From Gemmatimonadales bacterium (lineage in GTDB: Bacteria > Gemmatimonadota > Gemmatimonadetes > Gemmatimonadales > GWC2-71-9): DNA of 64,000 nucleotides. Location of the stretch: the NCBI GenBank assembly GCA_965249575.1, contig OZ252244.1:3392001-3456000 (forward strand). The letters run 5' to 3'. The notes under the pieces are model-generated. The model was not told the origin of the DNA. It saw only the letters and a program-made list of their open reading frames with translations, and searched no databases. Below, in pieces: positions 28,921 through 39,072 of the stretch; the first letter of the stretch is position 1; each line of letters opens with the position of its first letter. The position numbers and the translations under genes are program-made.

Positions 28921-29243
28921 GTTTCTCGGTCAAGAAGGATACAAAGGGAGTCGTAGTCATCGGGGTCGACGGCCAGCTGATCGTAGGGAACCGTCACGAG
29001 CTGAAGGACAAAATTACTGAGGCGCTCGACGCGGGCGACCGGAAGTTCCTCATTGATTTCTCGAACACGGGCTATATCGATTCCTCCGGACTGGGCGTGC
29101 TGGTGTCGTTGCTCCGCAAAATCCGGGAAGCGGGAGGGGACCTCCGTCTCGCGGGGTTGAATGAAGACCTCCGGACGCTGTTCGAGCTCACGAAGCTGGA
29201 CACCCTTTTTGACATCACCGACTCAGCAGCCACTGCCTCCTGA
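28917..29243 (+). CDS. STAS-domain anti-sigma factor antagonist (RsbV/SpoIIAA-like)
   Basis: [11 protein letters not shown] phospho-Ser motif; LFELTKL. Confidence 0.92.
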   Translation: MSFSVKKDTKGVVVIGVDGQLIVGNRHELKDKITEALDAGDRKFLIDFSNTGYIDSSGLGVLVSLLRKIREAGGDLRLAGLNEDLRTLFELTKLDTLFDITDSAATAS

Positions 29244-29247
29244 CGTC

Positions 29248-29709
29248 GTGACGGCGCCCCTGCGGCTGTGCGTGAGACGCACCGCGCAAGCAAACAACGC
29301 GGGCGACGTGGAGATCTCCGTCAGGGTCCCCTCGGAGCTCGACGCCGTGGAGGAAGCGGTCGACGCAGTCGCCCGTCACTGCCTCGCCTCCGGCTTAGGT
29401 CCGAAGGTAGCTCGGTTCAACTTGCGCGTGGCACTCACCGAGGCGCTTGCCAACGCCATCATCTACGGAAACGGCCTCGATCCGTCGAAGTCAGTCGATG
29501 TGCGCGTCACCGCTGAATCGGCCTGCTTTCGGGTACATGTATGCGACGAAGGCCGAGGATTCGACCCCGACGCGGTGCCTGATCCGACCCTACCCGACCG
29601 TATCGAGCGATCGGACGGGCGCGGTCTCTTCTTGATACGCCAATTGGTCGATGATGTCTTCTTCAACGACCGGGGTAACTCCATCTGCATGATTCTGCGC
29701 CGCGCCTAG
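29248..29709 (+). CDS. Anti-sigma factor Ser/Thr kinase (RsbW-like HATPase)
   Basis: EALANAIIYGN, DEGRGFD and GRGLFLIRQLVD motifs. Start uncertain (GTG at 29248 or 29308). Confidence 0.88.
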   Translation: MTAPLRLCVRRTAQANNAGDVEISVRVPSELDAVEEAVDAVARHCLASGLGPKVARFNLRVALTEALANAIIYGNGLDPSKSVDVRVTAESACFRVHVCDEGRGFDPDAVPDPTLPDRIERSDGRGLFLIRQLVDDVFFNDRGNSICMILRRA

Positions 29710-29765
29710 ACCGGCTCGACGCACTCCTCGAATCTCTCGGTTCACTGCTCGGCTGCCGCGTCCTC

Positions 29766-31282
29766 GTGTGGAGGTATGGGCGCGGGCGCCTTCGTCCAGT
29801 ATTCGGGTGCGGAGATACGCCGGATCCCCTGGTCAGCGTCGGGCCGACTGGCGTCGTGGAGTCTTGCGAAGAGGCCAGGTGGGTCGTTCCCGTGCCAGCT
29901 CTGGACGGGTACTGGTACGAGATCGTCGACCCGACCGAAACTCCGTCCGAGACCAGCGAGCGGCTCGCTCCCGTCCTCTCCCAGCTGCTGTCCGGTGAGG
30001 TCGATACCCTCCGCCTTGCCGAAGAGCTCGCCGACCGGTACGAGGAGATCGAGCTGCTGTATACGATCAGCGAGGTCCTCGGCCAGACCCTGAGCCTGGA
30101 CGCGGCGGCACAGCGCATCGTTCGGGAGGTGAGCGCGGTGGTCGGTTCGAGACGTGGGTCGATCCTCGTGTACGACGAGAACACGGATCTGCTCCGGCCG
30201 GTCGCCGGCGCTGGGATCGACGTGAGCGCGTTCAATCCCATCCGCCGCGACGATCCGGCGTCGGTTGCCGCCCGCGTATTCCGGGAACGCCGCCCGATCT
30301 TCGACGACTCCGCCGAACGGCTCACCCAACCCGCGTCGACGGGCGCGCGCCGGTCCTATCGCGGCGCTGCGTTCCTGTCGGTACCGATTCTGTATCCGGG
30401 CCCGGACGGCGCCCCGAGACCGATCGGCGTCATCAACCTCACGGACCGGATTGGGACGGATGCGTTCAGCGCCGCCGAACGCCGCCTGGTCGCGGCCATT
30501 GCCAACCAGATCGGCGCGGCAATCGAGAACGCACGGCTCGTCGCGAGCGATCGCAGCATCGCCTGCGGCGCGAGCTCGAGCTGGCTCACGATCTGCAGCT
30601 TCGCCTCCTTCCGTCGCCGACGTCCCTGGGTCCTGACGCTCCCGTCGCCGCGCGATTCGAAGCCGCGGAGAGCGTTGGTGGGGATTTCTACCACTTCCTG
30701 CGCCTGCACGAGAATCAGATCGGCGTCATGCTCGGTGACGTGTCGTCGCATGGGTTCTCCGCGGCGCTGATCATGGCGCTGGTATTGTCGGCGGCCGGTA
30801 TTCACGCGGAGGCGGCGGGCTCACCCGATGGTGTGCTCCGGCGCCTCTACGAGTCGATTTCGGAAGATCTCGGGAATACCGAGATGTACCTCTCACTGTT
30901 CTACGGGGTCGCGCTCCCCGAACGGGGGCGCCTGCGGTTCGCCAACGCGGGGCATCCACACGCGTTCAGGATTGATCAGTCTGGCGCTCCGCTGCGGCTG
31001 GCCGCCACGGCCCCGCCCCTGGGGCTCGGACGTGAGGAGGACATCGAAGGGGCGGAGGTCTCATGGGAGCTGGGCCGGGACCTGCTGGTCCTGTTCTCGG
31101 ACGGCGTTGTGGATGCCGCCGATGCCGAGGGCCAGCGATTCGGCGAGCGGCGGGTGCTGGATATCGTCGTGGCGAAGCGCCAGTCGCCTCCGGAACAGAT
31201 CGTCGATGCGGTCTTCGCGGCGGTGACCGATTTCGCGACCGGGAGGGCCGACGACCGCACCGTGCTCGTCCTCCGCGCCTAG
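29766..31282 (+). pseudogene. GAF + PP2C/SpoIIE phosphatase (RsbU-like), split by a frameshift near 30553
   Basis: The GAF domain ends ANQIGAAIENARL. A shifted frame continues QHRLRRELELAHDLQLRLLP...VGGDFY...GDVSSHG...NAGH...SDG...DDRT. Confidence 0.85.
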
Positions 31283-32109
31283 TGGGTCGCCGGCTCGGGC
31301 AGCACTTCCTGGCGGATCACGCCATCCTCGATCGAATCGTCGAGGCGTTGAATCCCGAAGCATCGGACGTCGTACTGGAGATTGGCGCGGGGACGGGAAC
31401 GCTGACCCGCCGTCTCGCCGATCGGGTACGGCTCGTCGTCGCCATCGAGCGCGATCGGGAACTCGCATCGGGACTCCGTCGAGACTTGGAGAGCGAACCC
31501 GACGGCGGCGACGTCACCGTCGTCCATGGTGATGCGCTCACCCTCGACTGGCACCACCTTATCTCGTCGCAGCTGAGTGAGGACTTGGATGATTTCAAGG
31601 TGATTGGGAACATTCCTTACTACATAACGACGCCGCTCATCGAGAAGGCGCTTGCACCACCGCTGCCGCGAGTAGTCGTTTACCTCCTCCAGGATGAGGT
31701 TGCCCGCCGCTTGGCGTCGGCGCCTGGCTCCCGGGAATACGGAGCGCTGTCGGTGGGGGTTCAGGTCGTCGCTCGGGTGGACTCGCTCTTCCGAGTTCGG
31801 GCCGGATCGTTCCGACCCGCGCCGGAGGTGGACTCGGTCCTCGTGCGCATCACGCCGTTGGCGTCGCCTCTCGTTCCGGTGCCCAACCGCGCGGCCTTTC
31901 GGATCATGGTGACCCGGTTCTTCAGCCAACGGAGAAAGCAGCTCGTCCGGAGTGCGCGCGATGTCTTCAATCTCCCGCGGAACCGGGTGCTTGCCGTTCT
32001 CGAGGAGGCACGCCTCCCACCTGGAACCCGCCCAGAGATGCTTTCCCCACTGGACTTTGTCAGGCTGTTTGAGGTGGCCGCGTTGACGCGGGAGCCCCGC
32101 AAGGCATAA
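31282..32109 (+). CDS. rsmA: 16S rRNA adenine dimethyltransferase KsgA
   Basis: LGQHFL, EIGAGTG, GNIPYYIT, P.PEVDS and QRRKQL motifs. Confidence 0.95.
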   Translation: MGRRLGQHFLADHAILDRIVEALNPEASDVVLEIGAGTGTLTRRLADRVRLVVAIERDRELASGLRRDLESEPDGGDVTVVHGDALTLDWHHLISSQLSEDLDDFKVIGNIPYYITTPLIEKALAPPLPRVVVYLLQDEVARRLASAPGSREYGALSVGVQVVARVDSLFRVRAGSFRPAPEVDSVLVRITPLASPLVPVPNRAAFRIMVTRFFSQRRKQLVRSARDVFNLPRNRVLAVLEEARLPPGTRPEMLSPLDFVRLFEVAALTREPRKA

Positions 32110-32110
32110 A

Positions 32111-32128
32111 TTGTGAAAAATTTCACAA
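32111..32128. promoter_or_regulatory. Rex operator
   Basis: TTGTGAA-AAAT-TTCACAA is a perfect match to TTGTGAANNNNTTCACAA, 4 nt before the rex ATG. It overlaps a TTGACG-N18-TAAATT promoter (32083-32112). Confidence 0.9.
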
Positions 32129-32132
32129 TTTC

Positions 32133-32753
32133 ATGCGCAAAATCGCCGATTCGACCGTCCGACGGCTCTCGCTCTATCTCCGGCTCCTCGAAGCCTTCGA
32201 AGAGCAGGGAATAGCCACCGTCAGCTCGGAAGCGCTCGCGGACCGCGGAGGGACGACATCCGCTCAGGTCCGGAAGGATTTGTCCTTCTTCGGCTCGTTC
32301 GGAAAACGCGGGCTGGGATACTCCGTTCCCGAGTTGACCGTCAGGCTCCGCGACATCCTCGGGCTCCAGGACTCGTATCGCGTTGCCATCGTCGGGGCCG
32401 GCAAGATCGGCCGGGCGCTTGCGCGATACCGAGGGTTCCGGGATCGCGGGTTCTTGGTTACCGCGATCTACGACACCGATCGAGACAAGATCGGCTCGCG
32501 GTGGGATGGCCTGGTGATCCGGGACGTGGGCGATCTCGAGCGCGACTTAAAGCGGCAACCCGCCGACATGGCGGTCATCGTGACGCCAGCGGACGCGGCC
32601 CAAGCTGTTGCGGATCACCTGGTGGCGGCGGGGGTCAAGGCCATCCTTAGTTTCGCGCCCGTACAACTCAGCGTCCCGGGGGACGTGACGGTCAAGACGG
32701 TGAACCTGGTTTTGGAGCTGGAGGCGTTGAGCTACGCGCTCAGGAATCACTAG
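32133..32753 (+). CDS. rex: Redox-sensing transcriptional repressor Rex
   Basis: TVRRLSLYLR, QVRKDLSFFGSFGKRGLGY and GAGKIG motifs. Confidence 0.97.
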   Translation: MRKIADSTVRRLSLYLRLLEAFEEQGIATVSSEALADRGGTTSAQVRKDLSFFGSFGKRGLGYSVPELTVRLRDILGLQDSYRVAIVGAGKIGRALARYRGFRDRGFLVTAIYDTDRDKIGSRWDGLVIRDVGDLERDLKRQPADMAVIVTPADAAQAVADHLVAAGVKAILSFAPVQLSVPGDVTVKTVNLVLELEALSYALRNH

Positions 32754-32762
32754 ATTGGCGGC

Positions 32763-33611
32763 ATGACCGCCGGTCTGGAGGCCAATCCAGGGGGCACGGT
32801 TCTCGACCGGGCCTTGAGCTACCTGACCAGTGGCCCCACGGATTCCGGGCGACTCGCTCGGGACGTGCTGGGGATTCCACGAGCCAGCCCGTTTGTGGCC
32901 GATCGGCTCGCCGTGGCGCTGCTCGGTGCTGATCCGAGGGTAAACCAGCTCGGAGACGGCCGTTGGATCCTCGTGTCGCGCCCGGAGCAGACGCCGGCTC
33001 TCAAGGATTGCACGTTTGCCGTCGTTGATGTCGAGACGACCGGGTCGCGGCCGGCGCGCGGGGACCGTATTACCGAGATCGCGGTCGCCGTCGTTCGGGG
33101 TGACGGCGTCGAGCTAGTCCTGGACACGTTGGTAAACCCGGAGCGGGTAATCGCCACCCTGGTTTCCCGCGTGACGCGGATAACCAACCAGATGGTTCGT
33201 GAGCAGCCGGCCTTTCGGGAGATTGCCGATCGGGTGGTGGCAGCGCTTGCCGGTCGGATCTTCGTGGCACACAACGTGGGCTTCGACTGGCGTTTCGTCG
33301 GCGCGGAGGTCCGGCGATCGCGACACCTGTCGATCGGCGGGCCGCGGTTGTGCACGGCCAAACTCGCTCGCCGGCTGATCCCGGGTCTCAAGTCCCGGAG
33401 CCTCGACAGCGCCGCGGCGTACTACGGAATTCCGATCGAGAACCGGCACCGTGCCGGGTCGGACGCGTTCGCGACCGGGCGCGTGCTCACCCACCTTTTG
33501 GCCGCAGCGGACGAGCGAGGGATCCACACACTGCACGAGCTGACCCGGTACCAAGCGCCGCCACGGCGCAAGCGCAAATCACTTCCCACCCCCATGGCGG
33601 AGATCGAGTGA
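32763..33611 (+). CDS. DEDDh 3'-5' exonuclease (DnaQ/Pol III epsilon-like) with N-terminal extension
   Basis: VVDVETTG, VAHNVGFD and HRAGSDA motifs. Confidence 0.88.
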   Translation: MTAGLEANPGGTVLDRALSYLTSGPTDSGRLARDVLGIPRASPFVADRLAVALLGADPRVNQLGDGRWILVSRPEQTPALKDCTFAVVDVETTGSRPARGDRITEIAVAVVRGDGVELVLDTLVNPERVIATLVSRVTRITNQMVREQPAFREIADRVVAALAGRIFVAHNVGFDWRFVGAEVRRSRHLSIGGPRLCTAKLARRLIPGLKSRSLDSAAAYYGIPIENRHRAGSDAFATGRVLTHLLAAADERGIHTLHELTRYQAPPRRKRKSLPTPMAEIE

Positions 33612-33640
33612 GTCATGGCGCGATCCTCGCTCCGAGGCGC

Positions 33641-33669
33641 TTGACACCCCCTAAGTGGGCCACTAGCTT
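33641..33669 (+). promoter_or_regulatory. sigma70 promoter of the infC operon
   Basis: TTGACA-N17-TAGCTT. Confidence 0.65.
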
Positions 33670-33675
33670 CGACTC

Positions 33676-33807
33676 AAATCAGGCAAGCAAGCGAGTGCGC
33701 TTCACCCTCCAGCCCTCGGCTCCGGTCGAGTGGCGTTCAGGGTTCCAGGAGATGGCGGCGGGTGCCGCCAGTTCGAGCGGATACGGGAGGGCCGGATCCG
33801 CTTTTTC
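33676..33807 (+). ncRNA. Structured 5' leader of infC-rpmI-rplT (possible L20-responsive leader)
   Basis: About 150-nt untranslated leader. CCCTCC can pair with GGAGGG, in competition with an AGCGGAT...ATCCGCT hairpin followed by a T-run. Confidence 0.4.
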
Positions 33808-33833
33808 GCGTCAGTAATAACGGGGGCCACGCA

Positions 33834-34361
33834 CTGAATCTTCAGAACGAAAAACAAGAGCAGCGCGTCCGGGTGAACCGGCAAATTCGCATCAGTCCAG
33901 TTCGGTTGATCGGTCATGACGGTGCCCAGTTGGGGATCGTACCAGTAGACGAAGCGCTGCGGGCCGCCACGGAACTCGGCCTCGATCTCGTAGAAGTCGC
34001 TCCGCTGGCTCGCCCGCCGGTGGTCAAGATCATGGACCACGGGAAGTACCGGTTCGAGCAAGCCAAGGCAGCCCGAGCGGCGCGGAAGAAACAACACATC
34101 ATTCACATGAAAGAGGTGAAGTACCGGCCGGGCATCGATACCCATGACTTCGATTTCAAGACACGTCATGCGCGGACGTTCCTCGAAGAGGGCAACAAGG
34201 TCAAGCTGACGATGATGTTCCGGGGCCGGCAAGTCGCGCATCCCCAGCTGGGACGCGACGTCCTCGATCGAGTCCTGGAGAGCTTGCAGGACATCGCGAA
34301 GGTCGAAGTCGAGCCGAAGCTTGAGGGACGGAACATGACGATGGTCCTGGCGCCGAGATAA
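33834..34361 (+). CDS. infC: Translation initiation factor IF-3
   Basis: RVNRQIR, LDLVEVAP, KIMDHGKY and MFRGRQ motifs. A non-canonical CTG start at 33834 is inferred from a preceding GGGGG. Confidence 0.95.
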   Translation: MNLQNEKQEQRVRVNRQIRISPVRLIGHDGAQLGIVPVDEALRAATELGLDLVEVAPLARPPVVKIMDHGKYRFEQAKAARAARKKQHIIHMKEVKYRPGIDTHDFDFKTRHARTFLEEGNKVKLTMMFRGRQVAHPQLGRDVLDRVLESLQDIAKVEVEPKLEGRNMTMVLAPR

Positions 34362-34408
34362 CCCGGTCAGGCGTCAATGCACCACCCTGAGACGTGGACG
34401 GACACAGA

Positions 34409-34603
34409 ATGCCGAAGCAAAAAACGAAGCGAGCGGCGGCCAAGCGGTTCAAGCTGACAGCGAAGGGCAAGATCAAGCGATGGCACGCCAATAAGAGCCA
34501 TATTCTGACGAAGAAGACTCCCAAGCGGAAGCGGCATTTGCGTAAGGGGACCCTGGTTTCGAGCGGGGACCATCGCCGGACCGCCCGCTTGTTGCAAGCT
34601 TAG
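34409..34603 (+). CDS. rpmI: 50S ribosomal protein L35
   Basis: [15 protein letters not shown]...HILTKK. Confidence 0.97.
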   Translation: MPKQKTKRAAAKRFKLTAKGKIKRWHANKSHILTKKTPKRKRHLRKGTLVSSGDHRRTARLLQA

Positions 34604-34612
34604 GAGAGGATT

Positions 34613-34966
34613 ATGCCACGCGTAAAGAGCACCGTCGCCCGCTTGAAGCGGAAGAACAAGATCATGCGGGCGGCCAAGGGAGCCCGGGGCGGGCGCAGCA
34701 AGCTGTACAAGACGGCTAAGGAGACGGTCGAGCGCGGCTGGCGCTACGCATATCGCGACCGGCGGCAAAAGAAGCGGGAATTCAGGCAGCTGTGGATCGT
34801 ACGGATCAACGCCGCAGCGCGGCAGCACGATCTCTCCTACAGTCGCTTCATGGCGGGACTGCGGAAGGCGGGCGTGGAGATCAACCGCAAGCTGCTGGCC
34901 GACCTCGCGGTTCGCGACCCCGCGGCGTTCGGCGAGCTTGCGGAGGTCGTGAAGAAAACCCAATAG
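34613..34966 (+). CDS. rplT: 50S ribosomal protein L20
   Basis: MPRVK...[24 protein letters not shown]. Confidence 0.98.
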   Translation: MPRVKSTVARLKRKNKIMRAAKGARGGRSKLYKTAKETVERGWRYAYRDRRQKKREFRQLWIVRINAAARQHDLSYSRFMAGLRKAGVEINRKLLADLAVRDPAAFGELAEVVKKTQ

Positions 34967-34977
34967 ACGGCCGGACG

Positions 34978-36006
34978 ATGCCAGCGAGTCGGTCGCCTCA
35001 AGACGAGCTGCACGCGATGGCGGCCGCCGTGGCTGACATCGCGGCGGCCGACGCGGGCCGTTTGACCGAGCTGAGAACGGAGCTGCTAGGTCGCAAGTCC
35101 GGCCGGCTCACACAGCTTCTGCGCTCGCTTCCCACCATCCCTCCCGATCAGCGACGCACTGTTGGCACTGAGGCGAATGCGCTCAAGACGACGATCGAGC
35201 GAGCGCTGGCGCAGCGCGAACGCCTCCTGCGCCAGGCCGGGGCTGACTCCTCGGGGGTCGACCCCACAATGGTGGGCCGCTCGGTCTGGCGCGGTGCAAG
35301 ACATCCGGTGACGATGGTGGTCGACGAGATCTGCGAGATTTTCCGGGAGCTCGGCTTCACCCGAATCGCCGGTCCCGAGGCCGAAACCGAAGAGTACAAC
35401 TTCACCAAGCTCAACATCCCCCTCGACCACCCGGCCGCGGACATGCAGGACTCGTTCTACCTGGGGCCCGGCGTCGTCCTTCGTACGCACACCTCGCCGA
35501 TGCAAGCGCGAACGATGGAACGGTACCCACCGCCGATCCGGGTCGTGGTCCCCGGCCTGGTGTATCGACGCGATGACTTCGATCCCTCCCACGCTCCGGT
35601 GTTCGACCAGATCGAGGGGCTGGTCGTCGACGAGGGAGTGACGTTTGTCGAATTCAAGGCGGCGATCGACTTCTTCGTCAAGCGATTCTTCACCCGAGAT
35701 ACGGTCGTGCGCTTCATCCCGTCCTTCTTCCCGTTCGTCGAACCAGGCGCGCAGGTCGATGTACAATGCCAGGTCTGCAAGGGCAGCGGGTGCTCCACGT
35801 GCCAGCAAACGGGATTTCTCGAGATCATGGGCGCGGGTATGGTCCACCCGGCAGTCTTCGAGCGGTGCGGCGTGGATGCCGAGCGGTATACCGGATACGC
35901 GTTCGGGATGGGTGCAAACCGCATCGCGATGCTCCGGTATGGCATTCCCGATATCCGCCTGCTGTTCGAGAACGACATGCGCTTCCTCCGCCAGTTCGTC
36001 GAATAG
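34978..36006 (+). CDS. pheS: Phenylalanine-tRNA ligase alpha subunit
   Basis: LRTHTSP, FPFVEP and YAFGMG motifs; carries a CxxC...CxxC insert. Confidence 0.97.
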   Translation: MPASRSPQDELHAMAAAVADIAAADAGRLTELRTELLGRKSGRLTQLLRSLPTIPPDQRRTVGTEANALKTTIERALAQRERLLRQAGADSSGVDPTMVGRSVWRGARHPVTMVVDEICEIFRELGFTRIAGPEAETEEYNFTKLNIPLDHPAADMQDSFYLGPGVVLRTHTSPMQARTMERYPPPIRVVVPGLVYRRDDFDPSHAPVFDQIEGLVVDEGVTFVEFKAAIDFFVKRFFTRDTVVRFIPSFFPFVEPGAQVDVQCQVCKGSGCSTCQQTGFLEIMGAGMVHPAVFERCGVDAERYTGYAFGMGANRIAMLRYGIPDIRLLFENDMRFLRQFVE

Positions 36007-36008
36007 CC

Positions 36009-38375
36009 ATGAACGTCTCCGTGAATTGGCTGTCGGATCTTCTGGATCGTCCCGTCGATCCCGCCGATGCAGCGCGGCGACTGACGATGGCCGGAGCTGA
36101 AGTCGACGTGATCGAGCCCCTCCACCAGGACCTCCGCGACGTCATCGTGGCCGAGGTCGCGCAAGTGGAGAAACACCCCGACGCGGATCGCCTGACCGTA
36201 TGCCGTGTCAACTACGGCAACGGGGTCGCTGAGGTTGTTTGCGGCGCCCCGAACGTCCGCGCGGGGCGCAAGTACCCGTTCGCGCCGGTCGGCACGACGT
36301 TGCCCGGTGGTATCACGCTCACGGCCCGGAAGATTCGGGGGGTGACCTCACAGGGAATGCTCTGTTCCGCGAAGGAATTGGGCCTTGGGGCCGACCACGA
36401 AGGGATTCTCGAGCTCGACACCACGGCGGCTGCGGGAACCCCGCTGCTCGAAGCGGTGCGCCTGTCCGATCACCGAATCGTCTTGGAACTCACGCCGAAC
36501 CGTCCGGATCTGCTGTGTCACAAAGGAGTCGCGCGGGAGCTGGGTGCCGTATACGAGGCCCCGGTCAAGTTGCCGCAGATCCCGGGCGCGGCACGCCCTG
36601 AGTTGAAGGTAGAGACTGGGAAGGCAGGTTCGGTGGACGGCGTCGACGTGGTAATCGAGGACATCGAGGGGTGTCCCCGCTACATGGCTGCCTCGATTCG
36701 AGGAGTGAAGGTCGGGCCCTCGCCCCCCTGGTTGCAGGCGCGGCTTCGCGCCATCGATGCCCGACCCGTCAACAACGTGGTCGACGCGACGAATTACGTG
36801 ATGTTCGAGTTGAATCACCCGTTGCATGCCTTTGATCGAGCAAAGCTCGGCTCGCGGATCGTGGTGCGGCGTGCCAATCCCGGCGAGACATTACGAACGC
36901 TCGACGGCGAGGATCGAGCCTTGACGGCCGACATGACGGCCATCTGCGACGCGAACCGTCCCGTTGCCGTCGCCGGTGTCATGGGGGGCGCCGATACCGA
37001 GGTGACCGCGGCCACGACGGACATCGTATTGGAGTGTGCGTACTTCGACCCTAAACGGATCCGTGCCACACGGAAAACGCTGAACATGAGCACGGATGCG
37101 TCGTACCGGTTCGAGCGGGGAATCGACCTTGACGGTCTGCCCGGAGCGGTGAGGCGCGCCGTGGAAGTCATCGTGGCGACTTCGGGGGGTGAGGCTGTGC
37201 CGGTGGTGGCCGACGTCTATCCCACCCCGGTTGCGGCCCGCACCGTGTTCCTCAGGCCCACCCGGGTGAGCCACCTGTTGGGCGTCGAGGTTCCGCGACC
37301 GGATATCGAGGCGTTTCTCTCCAGCGTTGGATTCGCCGTGGCTCCCAAGGATGATCGGTTTGCCGTTCAGGTGCCCGGGTGGCGACCCGACGTTACGCGG
37401 GAGGTCGATCTCATTGAGGAAGTCGCCCGGTTGCGGGGATACGACACGTTTCCCGTCGAGTTGGGTGCCCTGCGTCCGAGTACCGTTCCGGACGACCCCG
37501 CCGAGATAGCGAGGGCAGGACTGCGCCAGCTGCTGACCGCAGTCGGGCTCCACGAGGCGCGAACGCTCCCGATGGGCGGGGCTCCGAAGAATGAGCCCGC
37601 CCCGGTGCGCGTTGTGAACCCGATGTCGTCTGAGGAGGCTCACCTTCGCGCTAGTCTGCTCCCGGGCCTCGAGCGCGCGGTACGCCACAACTGGTCGGTG
37701 CGCGAGCGGGACATTCGGCTATTCGAGATTGGCACGGTATTCCGATCGACTGGCGAACGCGCACTACCGGTCGAGACATGCCGGATCGCGGCGGTGGTCT
37801 CGGGCAACCGGGCTCCCGCGCACTGGTCCGCCGGACAGATGACGCCTGACTACGACGGGTGGGATCTGAAGGGTCTGGTCACCGGCGTGGCGTCGACGGT
37901 CTCGCCGGGATCCGCCGTGGAGCCGCACCCCGAAGGGGGTGCCCGGTGGCTCGTGCGCGCCGCCGACGGTGCAGTGTTGGGAGGCGCGGAGGAGTTACCG
38001 GTCGAGCCCCCGGCGTGGGCGGCGCCGGTCTACGGGTTCGAGTTGGACGTGGCATCGAATGTTCCTCCCCGCCCGCGGTTCGAGGCCCTGCCGGCCACCC
38101 CTCCGCTCGAGCGTGACCTGGCACTCGTTCTGGCGCCTGCGGTCACCGCCGAGCAAGTTGAGGACGTCGTTCGCCAGTTCGCAGGCCCGTTGTTGGAGAG
38201 GGTAGTGGTATTCGACGAGTACAGGGCCGAGGCGCTAAAGGGCCGAAGTGTGGCTTGGCGCCTGGTCTTTCGGGCGCCCGATCGGACGCTGCGGGATCAG
38301 GAGGTCGATGCGGTGTTGAAGCGTGTGCTGGCGGCTCTCGAGGAGCAGTTGGGTGTCAGACTCCGACAGGCCTGA
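36009..38375 (+). CDS. pheT: Phenylalanine-tRNA ligase beta subunit
   Basis: HPDADRL, VCGAPN, SQGMLCS, TPNRPD, SYRFERG and DLIEEVAR motifs. Confidence 0.97.
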   Translation: MNVSVNWLSDLLDRPVDPADAARRLTMAGAEVDVIEPLHQDLRDVIVAEVAQVEKHPDADRLTVCRVNYGNGVAEVVCGAPNVRAGRKYPFAPVGTTLPGGITLTARKIRGVTSQGMLCSAKELGLGADHEGILELDTTAAAGTPLLEAVRLSDHRIVLELTPNRPDLLCHKGVARELGAVYEAPVKLPQIPGAARPELKVETGKAGSVDGVDVVIEDIEGCPRYMAASIRGVKVGPSPPWLQARLRAIDARPVNNVVDATNYVMFELNHPLHAFDRAKLGSRIVVRRANPGETLRTLDGEDRALTADMTAICDANRPVAVAGVMGGADTEVTAATTDIVLECAYFDPKRIRATRKTLNMSTDASYRFERGIDLDGLPGAVRRAVEVIVATSGGEAVPVVADVYPTPVAARTVFLRPTRVSHLLGVEVPRPDIEAFLSSVGFAVAPKDDRFAVQVPGWRPDVTREVDLIEEVARLRGYDTFPVELGALRPSTVPDDPAEIARAGLRQLLTAVGLHEARTLPMGGAPKNEPAPVRVVNPMSSEEAHLRASLLPGLERAVRHNWSVRERDIRLFEIGTVFRSTGERALPVETCRIAAVVSGNRAPAHWSAGQMTPDYDGWDLKGLVTGVASTVSPGSAVEPHPEGGARWLVRAADGAVLGGAEELPVEPPAWAAPVYGFELDVASNVPPRPRFEALPATPPLERDLALVLAPAVTAEQVEDVVRQFAGPLLERVVVFDEYRAEALKGRSVAWRLVFRAPDRTLRDQEVDAVLKRVLAALEEQLGVRLRQA

Positions 38376-38649
38376 GCTCGAGGCCTTGGTGGAGCTGGAA
38401 GACGTGGTTCGTCACGTCTCCGAGGAGCTGGCTGCCTGGCGGCGTCGCGCGCTCAAGGCCGAGTCCGACCGGAACGAATTGGGAGCGGACTACGATCCGG
38501 TCGGGTCACGAGAACGAATTCAATCGCTCGAGGTTGAGAACAGCGACTTGGGGGGTCGTCTCGATGCAGCCCGTGTCCAGCTGCAAGATCTGCTGAAGCG
38601 CCTCCGGTTTCTCGAAGAGCAGGTGGCCCTGGAGGATCAAGCTCGGTGA
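38353..38649 (+). CDS. Small coiled-coil protein (possibly ZapB-like)
   Basis: Heptad-rich ORF overlapping the pheT end and the zapA start. Confidence 0.65.
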   Translation: MSDSDRPELEALVELEDVVRHVSEELAAWRRRALKAESDRNELGADYDPVGSRERIQSLEVENSDLGGRLDAARVQLQDLLKRLRFLEEQVALEDQAR

Positions 38650-38981
38650 ACGCGAAGAAGACCGTGTTGAGGGCGACGATCGGTGGCGACGAGTACACGC
38701 TCCGGTCGGACCGACCACCAGAGTACACCCGAGCCGTTGCGGAGCACGTGGACCGTGCGCTGAAGGAGGTCTTGGCGCTCGGCACGATCGTGGAATCCCA
38801 CAAGGCTGCCATCCTCGCCGCACTGGCGATCACGGACGAGCTGTTTCAGTCCCGTACCTCGCAACGCGAGCTCTCGCACCGCCTCACTGCTCTCGCAGCC
38901 GACTTGTCCCGCTTGCTGCCCCCGGCGAAGCGGAGCTCTCAAGCATCGGGTGCGATTGCCTCACCGGCGGACGGTTCGTAG
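38646..38981 (+). CDS. zapA: Cell division protein ZapA
   Basis: IGGDEYTLRS...VAEHVD...AILAALAITDELF; conserved pheT-zapA-rny context. Confidence 0.88.
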   Translation: MNAKKTVLRATIGGDEYTLRSDRPPEYTRAVAEHVDRALKEVLALGTIVESHKAAILAALAITDELFQSRTSQRELSHRLTALAADLSRLLPPAKRSSQASGAIASPADGS

Positions 38982-39072
38982 TTTCTGGACAGTAGGCGGC
39001 GATTCGACCGCCACTAACATAACGCGCTGCGGCGGCCGAAATCCGCGCCGCCGCGGTGCTGGAGATAGATCG

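Noticed and set aside
38982..39072. 6S RNA, often found after zapA
   Set aside because: The gap is only about 90 nt, too short, with no recognisable 6S features.
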